This document shows positions 35,992 to 46,196 of a stretch of 64,000 nucleotides of DNA, piece after piece. How positions within the stretch are numbered: position 1 is the stretch's first letter; every line of letters starts with the position of its first letter. The translations under genes were made by a program, and so were the position numbers. The notes under the pieces were generated by a model, which was not told where the DNA came from, did no database searches, and saw only the letters and a program-made list of their open reading frames with translations. Source of the DNA: Lingula anatina (taxonomy: Eukaryota > Animalia > Brachiopoda); the NCBI GenBank assembly GCA_051362555.1, contig CM120643.1, positions 10,416,001-10,480,000 of the forward strand, read 5' to 3'.

Positions 35992-36217
35992 GGGTGCTTT
36001 CCCAGAGATTTAGATCGATCTAAAGATTAAGTTTTAGATCGACCTAACTCCCTGGGGGTTCAGGCTAAATTGCAGTCAGCCGAGCGGACACCATAGTTAA
36101 TTACCCCCTTACAGCTTTTAGTAGGCGGGACAGACGCTTAAGCCGGCCAAGCTGACAGTAATCTAGTGAGACTCCCCACAGGGATAGATCGATCTAAAAA
36201 TCTATGGAAATGGAGTG
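35992..36217. mobile_element. Family A TWA MITE upstream of carboxypeptidase copy 2
   Basis: TAA on both sides (35989-35991, 36218-36220); internal sequence close to the 30655 copy; absent at ~26953 in copy 1. Confidence 0.85.
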
Positions 36218-36506
36218 TAATACAGATAATGTGCTGTATATTGCTATCAGACCGCTGAACACAGTCTACTTGTTATATTTGAATATCCTTCTTATCATTT
36301 ATTTCTCAAACCATTGCTGTTAATGTCAGCTGAGAAATCGGAACTGCCCTGGGTGGTTTCCCGCAGGGGGAATGGAAACGGAACTGGTCGTTCACTCGCA
36401 GGCCAGCCCCACGATTGTCTAAAACACCGTAAAACATGTTATATTTGTGAAACATTCCTTTTGAAATTACATGTATTTTGGAAAAATGCTGGTGGGGTGC
36501 ATCTGA

Positions 36507-36567
<61 letters not shown>

Positions 36568-37146
36568 GGCCTAATAATAATAATTTTAAAGTGCGCAGAA
36601 ATGTTCTCTAACTACTATGTACTATGTATATGATAATAGAATTTATGGTAAATAAATGAAAAATAATATAGTATTATACATTATACCGGATATTTTATAA
36701 CGATATACAATTAAAGTGGATGTGATTCTTTGTGTAGGCTATTTGTTAGCTATCATTAGCGTTTTATCATTATAAAATGCTATTGGAAATTTAATTATCA
36801 TATTTTGATAAAAAGTATATTTATAATGCAAAAAACAACAAGCCTTTAATTGCTATTTTTTAATAAAATATGTTGAAATAGAGTATTTTCATTAGAGAAC
36901 AAATTACAAGATCATTAATCCGTGCTGTCTTGAGCTTGAGCGCAGCTCTTCAGTTTGAGGAAAATAAGTACAGATATCTTGCTTCCCAAGAAAGGACAAA
37001 GGTTTTGAAACAATTTTCCTTCAGTCTCTGTCCGCTGTTTGTTTGAGTATTAGGATAGAGGTTTGACGGACGAACTGTGGTCATACTCATTCCTCAAGAT
37101 TATTTTCTTGTCTTTATGACGAAAATTTGAAAGGATTATCCGTTTT

Positions 37147-37187
37147 AACAGATGGCAGCACTGACCCTTTACTATGTGTGACGTCAC
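37147..37187 (+). promoter_or_regulatory. CHMP1A proximal promoter: CTCF-like motif and palindromic CRE
   Basis: ACAGATGGCAGCAC at ~37148-37161 resembles the CTCF core. GTGACGTCAC at 37178-37187 contains the CREB/ATF site TGACGTCA, ~85 bp upstream of the ATG. Confidence 0.5.
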
Positions 37188-37269
37188 GATTACTAAGACT
37201 CACCAGCGAATGAGGAAATCGTTTTGATACCCAAATAATCGTGTAAACTTACAAATTTAAACAATTAAA

Positions 37270-39903
37270 ATGTTCGGAAAGAAACCCAGCATGGAAGGTA
37301 AGCAACAGTTCCACATTAACGAGTGAATGTAGAGTTTAAATTAAGCGATACGCTGGTTAGAACATACATATCCATTTATCGCTAGCAGTGTGAAAATAAG
37401 AAAGATTGAGACAGAGACATCTCCAGTCATTGAGAAGTAATGTTCTAAACAGATATTAGTCCTGAGCAGGTTCTGATAAGTTATTTATTACAATGGGGCC
37501 GTAGCGATAGTCCGAAGGTTCAATAGTCCGAAGGTTCATTGGTCCGAAGGTTCAATAGTCCGAATGTGCATTGAAGGTTCATTGGTCCGAAGGTTCGATA
37601 GTCCGAAGGTGCATTGGTCCGAAGGTTCATTAGTCCGAGGGTTCGATAGTCCGAAGGTTCGATAGTCCGAATGTAGGCCCGCTGTATAAGTGTATAGTGA
37701 ATTACATGTACAGGGGCTGATCCAAGATTATTTGAAGGGGGGTCCGCGGATGCAAAGCCCCGACCCCCTTTGGAGTAGGATCTGGGGCCCGCTAAAGGGC
37801 CCCGAAAATTGTTGGTGTCTCACAGGCTGTCAAAATGACCACCTAGTTATCTAGAGACACATCTGTGAATATCTGTAAAAAATCTATCAGTCGCCCTGGT
37901 AGAGGGTTTAAAAGTTAGGTCTGCACGGGCAAAAATAACGTCAATACTAGCATATTACATTAGTTACAAAAAAAAAAAAAAAAAAAAAAAAACAGATCTT
38001 GATGTTTTTCATGGGATTGGAAGTTGACGATATTTAACTGCAAAGGTTTATTTTGTAAAATCAAATGGTAATTTTCTCACGAGTCACGAATGTATCTACT
38101 TTTTGCAGAGTACGTTTTTCTTCGTTTAAATGAAATTGTTACAAAGACAGCATTAGAAGTTTAACTGTTTTAGAATATTTCAACATGTTCAAACTGCCTT
38201 CTCACTTGTATTTTACGTTTAATAAATAAATAGATAAATAAATAAATAAATAAATAAATAAATAGGCCCACCGGGTTGATATGGCGTTGCCACATTTCTA
38301 TTTCAGATTATAAACGTTTCAGCACCTTCAGTATTGCTGGGGAAGAGGGGGTGGAATTAAATATGTATTACTATTTGTGGATATTTGAGCATATTACTGT
38401 ATTCTGATACAATTTTTATGTTTAAAGCCCTAGTAAGGGAAAAGTTTGTTTTCGTAAATGCTCGTAATTTTTGTTTATATGCCAAGTTTACACTCCATTT
38501 AATTCATCCTCATCCCTATGAGTAATACAATACTGCTGGCGGAACGGCTGTTTTTTTTTTTTTTTTTTTTTTGGGGGGGGGAGGGGAGGGGAGTGGGCTG
38601 TGCGAACAACAACATAGTTTGTTTGGAAATGCAATTATTCTATAACTTTTACATAATTTAAGTAATGTGTAGGTTAGAAGAATTTGAATTCTAATCAAAG
38701 TATCTTAAGACATCGTAAGAAAATGTCATTTAATGCGTTCCAAACTTTATTCAATATTTCATGTGAAACATGTATGGTGTTCATGAGTTGGAAAGGGAAG
38801 CCATTGCATATCCCCAAACTTCCCCACATTGTAAAGAGTAGTTCACGGAAACAATACGACCTATATGGATAATTTTCACGTGCGTTTCGGTCAAAACGAA
38901 ATGATAAAGATTCTAGAAGCTGAGTTCACACGAAAGTTAATCACCCCCTAGCAGCTCCAGGATTGCTAATCTGATTGCATACAGTGAGAATCCTGGTGGA
39001 GTTGGATCAATCTACGTAGAATGATAGTTTCGTTGGGAACGCACCCTTAGATTCCGTTTGTAATTATAATTCTTAAAATCGAAGAACATCTTAAAATGTT
39101 TCGGACTATCGAACCTTCGGACTAATGAACCTTCGAACTATCGAACCTTCGGACTAATGAACCTTCGGACCAATGGACCTTTAATTTTCGGACTAATGAA
39201 CCTTCGGACCAATGAACCTTTTTGTTGAAAATCTGATGAAAAATTTACGAATTTTCGGACCAATGAACCTTCGGACCAATGAACCTTCGGACTATCGAGA
39301 CGCCCCCTATTACAATATATGGCGTTTAGTTATCTCTGTGTACAAGTAGAGCAGTTATCTTAGGAAGGTTAATGAAATGGTGTGAACTTTTTTTTTAATT
39401 TCAGATACCCTCTTCCAGCTTAAGGTTTGTAGTTTTTATTATATTTTATGGTACATGATTTTTGTCATTATTTCTAAGAAAGCTAATGAACAAATATGAT
39501 GTGGTCAGTAGAGATGAAAGTCCTTTGATTTATCGGATCATCTGGGCATTACAATTATATGTTTACCTTCTCACCCCAAATACCTGGCCACTGCATGCAT
39601 TTCAGGTTTTTATTAAAGGGCCAATTTCATTTCTGAATCTTAGAGTTAAATATTTTAGTTAAGAACCAGCAGCTGATTGATGTCCATTTGCTTTCAAGAC
39701 CAACTATATTTTTCATTTTAGTTCTCAATAAAACAGATGGAAAGAATGGCTAAAAAAGCAGAAAAAGAATCAAATTCACAGAAAGCAAAAGTAAAAAAGG
39801 TCTGTATGAGAAGGCTTGACTCTAGTTTCTGTTAAAATTCATATCAGCAAATGTCTTTACATGCTGCATTTGTTTGGATATGCATGTCACTCAGTCACTG
39901 CTC

Positions 39904-39940
<37 letters not shown>

Positions 39941-42900
39941 TGTATATGTGTGTGGGTCTTCATATGTGTCTGTCTGTATATGTGTTTGTGAGTGTCCGTG
40001 TGTGTGAGAGTATTTCATGTATTCTGGGAGACAGAATATCATTAAAGATAGAAGGAAAAACTTTAAAGTAGAATGGATGGTTTGTTAACGGAATACACTT
40101 AAAAATAGGCAAATAAAGCTTACTATATAAAGTGGTGATTTTCTACTTCAAAAATGTATCTGTATTATTATAGAAATTATATATAAATTTGCCATCGTGG
40201 ATGCATCACTCCTCTTTAAGTGTGGAATCTTCATTATTGCTTTTGTATATTTAGTTGATGTAAAAATCATGCTGTTACTAATTTTATGTTGTTTTTACAA
40301 GGCTCTAACACAGAGGAATGTAGAAGTGGCCCAAGTATATGCAGAAAATGCTATTAGGAAGAAAAACGAAGGCCTTAATTATCTCAGAATGGCAGCCAGA
40401 GTGGATGCGGTTGCTTCACGGATACAGACAGCAGTCACAATGCAACAGGTTTGTATTCTTTTAAGATACAGTAATGACTGAATTTTTTCAGTTGGAGAAA
40501 TTGTGAATTTTACAGATATATGCTGTATTTTTTTTAAATTAATGCCTTAAAACGAACATTTTGCTAAAGATTAAGTAGTAGCTACAAAATTGAAAAGCAG
40601 GCAACTATATAGTTCTATACATACAGTAAAGCACCACAAATTATATAGAAATGTATTTTTTTAATGATTCCAAAATTTTTTATCTGAAATTTGATGATTT
40701 TTCCTATTGGGAGGCTTTGGGTCATTACTGTAAGTAGGTTATACAACACATTTTATATAATGTGACTGTATCAATACATAATCATGCCTTAGTGGTGTTT
40801 ATTTTCCATATTCAAACAGGGAGCTCCCATAGAGTGCAGTCCTCCCCCAAAGAAAAAGACAACTAAATGGATATAATATCTAAATATAATCTTGAAATAT
40901 TGTAATAAAGACCTGGACTTGGGCCTTGAATATATAATCTCATTATTATGGTTTGACTACCCCTGTAGACAATACAGTTTTGTTTTTCAGATTACTAGCT
41001 CTTGGTTTCAGATTGCTGTGTTCCACCAATATTGATCCTGGGAGTTCAGTGATCATTTCTTCATAAAGTTCAGAATATGTTTTAATCAGTGTATCTCTCA
41101 TTTTATCAATGGAGTTTTCTTCTATGAGTGCAGCCCCATCCCAAAGAAAACTGATTGTATCAGTCTTCTCTTATAAATGAGAAGGATTTTTTTCATTACT
41201 TTTGTGCAGTTGGTTTTATTTAGAATATTTGCCAACAGTTGTTATTAGTTTGTATCTGTTTTGGGAAAACTTTTGCACATGGCATTAATTTTAATTAAAA
41301 TGTAAACTGTTCTTTCCCTTTCCAGATGACCAAAAATATGGAAGGGGTTACAAAAGCCTTAGACAAAGCAATGGCATCGATGGACCTAGAGAAAGTAAGT
41401 GTTTCCTGTCTTCTATAGAATAACAGTGAAGTTTTGAAAGACTAGTTTTAAAATTGCCACCCTGTTAACAAGTACCTTTCTGTAGATTTTAATTACATGC
41501 AGAGTAAACTTTATTTACATTTCATTTATGTATTTTTTGACCAACAAAATCTTTTAATTTGCAGATTTGTAATTTAATTTTAATCTTAAAAGATAATTAG
41601 ATTTTTCTCTTCAAAATATTTAGTATAAAATAATTCAATATATATTCACTACCCAAGATTAAGCATGAATCAAAGTTTTGCTTGCTGTTGTTATTCTTAG
41701 GTTCAAGAAGTAATGTCCAAATTTGAGAATCAGTTTGAAGACCTAGATGTTAGAACACAGGTAAGTTTTAAAAAGGAAGTCTCATTAACTTTCATCAATA
41801 CATTTTAAACCAGTTTTGTGGATTTATTTTAAAGTTCTGCATAATGTATTTGGGAGATGTTAATAGTGAAAACTGAATAAAAATATGTAAGCAAGTGTGT
41901 TGAATTTTTTTTCACTTTAAGTTCTGCAATATGATTTCACTAATTGAATTTATCGGTAGATATAAAAATGATGACATAATTTAATCAGACCTTTCAAAAA
42001 TTTGAACAATAATGCCACTAAACTGGTTAAGAAGTGTGTATCCACTTTATGAAGTGAAGGGGGTATTTGAATGAAAATGCCCATTGTGCTGGTTTGTCAC
42101 ACCCCATTGGCTGTCACAGCTACCACAATCTCAAAAGCTACAATGATAGTTTGTTCAAACAACCCAAGAGTTTTTACCTCTCCATTATTTTAAAATTTCC
42201 ACCATATCAGATACAGAGACCACAGGTGTTATTGTAGCCTCTAGCTGAGGTGAAAGTGTCCTTTCAGACTCTGTATCAATATATAACTGTATTTATTTAA
42301 TACATGGTCATAACTCTTTGAGTTAGGTTGGCATTTGAGGGAACTGTATTTGTAACTTTTGAATGCATATCACAACTGATGAAATTATGTGCTGGATAGC
42401 ACAATAATAACAATAATAATAATAATAATAATAATTATTATTATAATTATTATTATTATTATTATTATTTGATTATTATTTAAAGTCTAAAATCCAGTTA
42501 TGATCATTAGACTTTAAAATTTGAATATAGAACTTAAAAGAAAAAAAAGACTGAAAGAAAGAAAACAGATAAGAGAAAAATTGATTAGAAGAAATTGATT
42601 TGAAAACATTAGAAATTAAAATGTTAGTTCATCAAGTCCTTAATAATTGTGAAAAATTTTTCGTCGTAAAATATCAGTTATAAAATCCCTTTAAAAGATC
42701 TGTATTTTCTCTCACATTTTCCTCCTTCCAGACTGTGGATGAGTCCATGAGTGCTGCCACCACCCTGTCCACACCCCAGGACCAGGTGGAGGACTTGATG
42801 AAACAGGTGGCCGAGGAGAACGGGTTAGAAATAATGGACCAGATTCGGGATCTACAACCTGGTCAGTCCTCGTTAGCTTCTACGGCTACCACAGAGTCGA

Positions 42901-43769
42901 ATAAAGAAGACCAGCTGTCTAGGAGGTGGGTGTTGTCTCCGTTGTTGCATTAACCTTGTAATTGTGTGGTCTGTGATATATGCTAGTAGAACCACTGACT
43001 AGAGATGATTTTTATGTAAATTTGGCATCGGACTAGTTAAAAAGATTTTTTTTCTTCAAAGTGAAGATTGGATTTATGGACATTTTTGATAAGTGGTTAT
43101 TTTAAATTATTATACATATTATATTATATATATTTTTTTTGGGGGGGGGGGGGGGTTGGGAAGATAAAGGTATACCATCTGCAATTGAAAATGTCCATAA
43201 GTAATATTTTCTATGTTTACATATCTTGCAAAAATACTTATCTTTCCCAATTCTGACTTTAAAGTGATAAACCCCTTCAAATAAAAGCACCTGATGTCAG
43301 TTATTTCTTCTGCAGGCCATCTTTTAGAGCTAAATAATTTTATTAGATATAGAAAATTAATTAGAAAGGAAAAAAATGCATACATTTTAAGGAAATTTTG
43401 ATTTTTAATTAGGGGAAATTTCTGGTTAGGATACCTCTAATTTTGATTCAGACTGGTAATTTTCTGAGCATACCAGTCTTGTGACCAGTTGGCTGAAATG
43501 TGTTAATAGTCTACTGATTGTGTGATAACACACACTTAATGTAACACATAATAGATGAAATGTGTTATTTTGGCACAAAGAGAAAAAAACAACACATAAA
43601 TAAAGCCAAAATCTAAATATATAAATGCCTATCTCAGGTTTGCAGGCACCTTTCAAGAGACGGTGAATATAACTTGCACATAACTGTAATGCAGATAAAA
43701 TAAATTTCCTGTGCAATAAAAATTAAGCATATTTTATTCCATTTCAGGTTAGCAGCCTTGAGACACTAG
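37270..43769 (+). CDS. CHMP1A: Charged multivesicular body protein 1A (ESCRT-III, Snf7 family), 205 aa
   Basis: Exons 37270-37297, 39405-39424, 39722-39799, 40302-40448, 41326-41394, 41701-41760, 42732-42925, 43748-43769 (TAG). Protein [32 protein letters not shown]...[29 protein letters not shown]...[15 protein letters not shown]...[26 protein letters not shown]...EDQLSRRLAALRH (MIM1). The DTLFQLKF, ALDKA and AEENGLE residues favour 1A over 1B. AATAAA at 44690-44695. Confidence 0.97.
37495..39307. mobile_element. Foldback/Mutator-like non-autonomous element (1813 bp, 9-bp TSD, TIRs built from 16-bp tandem units) in CHMP1A intron 1
   Basis: TATTACAAT at 37486-37494 and 39308-39316. Ends GGGGCCGTAGCGATAGTCCGAAGG / CCTTCGGACTATCGAGACGCCCCC. 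Arrays of GTCCGAAGGTTC(A/G)AT(A/T)(A/G)-like units at 37506-37672 and inverted at ~39100-39297. Confidence 0.9.
38878..39046. mobile_element. Degenerate family A-related MITE nested in the foldback element
   Basis: GAAAGTTAATCACCCCCTAGCAGCT core and a right end TGGGAACGCACCC followed by TTA; the left end is eroded. Confidence 0.45.
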
Positions 43770-45932
43770 TGATGTTTAGGAAGATATGCCTATGTTCTTA
43801 AAAACTTGTACAGATGTCAGTGTCAGGTCATGACCAGTCAACTGAGGTCTGATTACCACAGTGTTTTTGTACATAATGCTTTGAGGACTAATTTATGTAA
43901 AGTTTTAGAATAGAAAAAAAACTGGTAAGGAATCTGGTGTAATTATATTTTAACTGCTGCTGATGCCCTGGCTATTGAAAAGCATTTGAAGCCTTGCTGG
44001 ACAACTCAGTAGAGTCTACAATTTTTAATGATATATTTTTGTCACTTTTATCTCATAAACTTGCCTTTGTATTAAAATTGATATGGTGATTAGCAGGTTA
44101 ATTTCAAAAGGAGTTCTTCTATTCTAGTCACTTCCTTTCACAAACCACCAACTAAATTTTCCCTTGTACCTAAGTTAGGCATATTAAAGATTCCACCTTA
44201 TTGATACCTCCATCCAGAAATGAAGTAAGAAAGTAAAGGCCAAAATGAAGCATTTTTTTAGCAATATTTCAGGAAGGAAGTTGGGAGGTATACATCCCAA
44301 GTTTCATAGATTATTGGCCTTTAATTATCAATATGCTCATCTGCCATTTCCACAAAAATCTGTAACTCGGTTCAAAGGAGGGTTTGAGTCTTGCTGTCTT
44401 TAACTTCTTCATTGTAAAGGTTAAAAAGATGTGTTATGCTCATGAATTGCCCTCACTTCTCTCTATAAGATTTTGTGACCAGAAGCAGTGGAATTGTATT
44501 TTTAAATTATAGTTTAAAGAAATAAGCTAAATTTTCTGAAGTTATTTATTCTTCAAACGATTTGTGGAAAAAATCAACAGCGCTTCATATATAAGAATTC
44601 CTTTTAACAGAAATTCAGATGCCATTTTTTTCTTGTTCAGTAAATTCCCAGGTTTCACTTTGTATATAGCACATTTGTATGTAAACAGAAATAAAATGTA
44701 ATATTAGAACGGATTAGATATGTGCCTTGGACTTTTAATTGGGACTTATTTGGAAAATCTCTGAAACGTGATCGTTACAATTTCACAAAGGAGACCCGAA
44801 ACCTTAAAATTTGCTAACACGGCTTACGAGCAAGGACAAATGACATAAAACGGAACGGCCAATTTTTCACTTTTCTGGAACTTCTTATCTTTAAATGTTA
44901 TACAAGATCACCCATCAGGATCGGTTTCGTGATGTGGATTTGTAAAAGTAGGTATTTATGCATGAACTTGATATGAAAATCGATCGCCTATTTTTTAAGT
45001 AGTCTCCAAATTAAAAATTGGGCGAATCAGATTGGTTGATCTCCATTGTTCGTGTTCAAAACACGTGATATTAGATAGCCGTCTGTCGTCTGCCTTTTTT
45101 CTCCGTTTTGTGATGCCGAAGCAAATTTCAATAATTAAACGAATCATTATTGCATGTAACTTTGTCTTTAATTTGATTTGGCAAAATAAGCTTGATGGCT
45201 AACTGTTGTTCGTTGTATCTTGATCAGTGATCTATCAAAATTTTAGCATTGGTTCCGGACGCCTTTTTATGTGAAATGAAGTTGTATTTCAAAGACTTCA
45301 ATCCAGTTTTCAGACATTTATATCAGCTTACTTTTTTTTATGATATGAAGTTGAAGTTCTGAATGTTTTTTTAATGAAATGATATCTCTCTGTATATTTT
45401 GTGTGTGTGTGTGTGTGTGTGTTATGAAATGATCAGTCAGAAATCGCGGATATACATGTATATTCTAATTTTCGTTTCAAATGTGTAGAATGGTAGGGTT
45501 CCCGGTTTTATAAGTTGCTTCTAATAGCTGCAATTTAAAGCGTGAACAGGTACACTGTATGTCCGATGAAGTCACATTTTAAAAATTGAGTAAAACGCGT
45601 TTATTATTTACAATCTTGAAGTTTAAATGGAAATGCTTGAACCATAACACGTATAATCGGGGTTATATTACTTGTGCCGCATTTTCTCATACACGTTTCA
45701 TCTTTTGACTCTAAAATTTCATTTTGAATCCAAATTCAGTGCGCATCGTATTTCAGTGCAGGGTGCGCGTGTCAAAATCGTCGTATTTTACAACACCCCA
45801 ATGTTGACTTTTGTCACAGTCCGAAAGCACCGCCCCTTCTGTTTACGCCAGAACGCGTCCGTAAAATTAACCTGCTTGACCGGATGGTCTCGTGCGACTT
45901 ACTGAACTGTAAAAAGCACAATCTATGTCAAC

Positions 45933-46196
45933 ATGAGAATCGAGATGAACAAACTCCAAATTGACACCGGCCGTGACCTGTGTGTTGACTTCTTTTGGCA
46001 GTGGGCAAGGAGAAAGGCGAAGCGGCACCCGGTACGGAAAGGTTGCGTAACCGCCTCGACGTGCCCCGTTGTAAAAAGACCTCGCGCACCCCGGACGCTC
46101 CGCCAAGCAGTACCAGTTACTCCGCCTCTTAAGCGCCCAGACACGGTGAGACCAAGGTGTGCCGTATCAGCTCTGATCACACCCTTCTCAAAATAA
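45933..46196 (+). CDS. Hypothetical 87-aa basic, Pro/Arg-rich microprotein (no family recognised)
   Basis: GC- and CpG-rich island in AT-rich DNA, CAACATG start context, upstream acceptor TTGACTTTTGTCACAG ending 45819, promoter-like motifs at ~45030-45095. I recognise no homologue. Confidence 0.4.
   Translation: MRIEMNKLQIDTGRDLCVDFFWQWARRKAKRHPVRKGCVTASTCPVVKRPRAPRTLRQAVPVTPPLKRPDTVRPRCAVSALITPFSK

Larger units (their letters stand above)
17306..36815 (-). repeat. ~9.5-10 kb tandem segmental duplication carrying the two carboxypeptidase genes (units ~17306-27420 and ~27440-36815)
   Basis: Exons, introns and flanks align by eye, e.g. ATAATCGGTCCAAGATA...CAACTAGAATGGATAACAG at ~17306 and ~27440. 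The ATGs are 9730 bp apart. Breakpoints are approximate. Confidence 0.9.

Noticed and set aside
17306-36815. Duplication as an assembly artefact (two haplotypes in tandem)
   Set aside because: Many copy-specific insertions, clearly diverged introns and single-copy flanking genes favour a real duplication. Only read depth can exclude the artefact fully.
37506-37672. Regular short repeats that look like a CRISPR array
   Set aside because: The 16-bp units are contiguous with no unique spacers, are mirrored at ~39100-39297 and are bounded by a 9-bp TSD, so they are transposon TIRs. No cas genes; eukaryotic DNA.
42965-43070. Possible intronic C/D snoRNA in CHMP1A
   Set aside because: No proper RTGATGA...CTGA pair with a terminal stem, and no recognisable rRNA guide.
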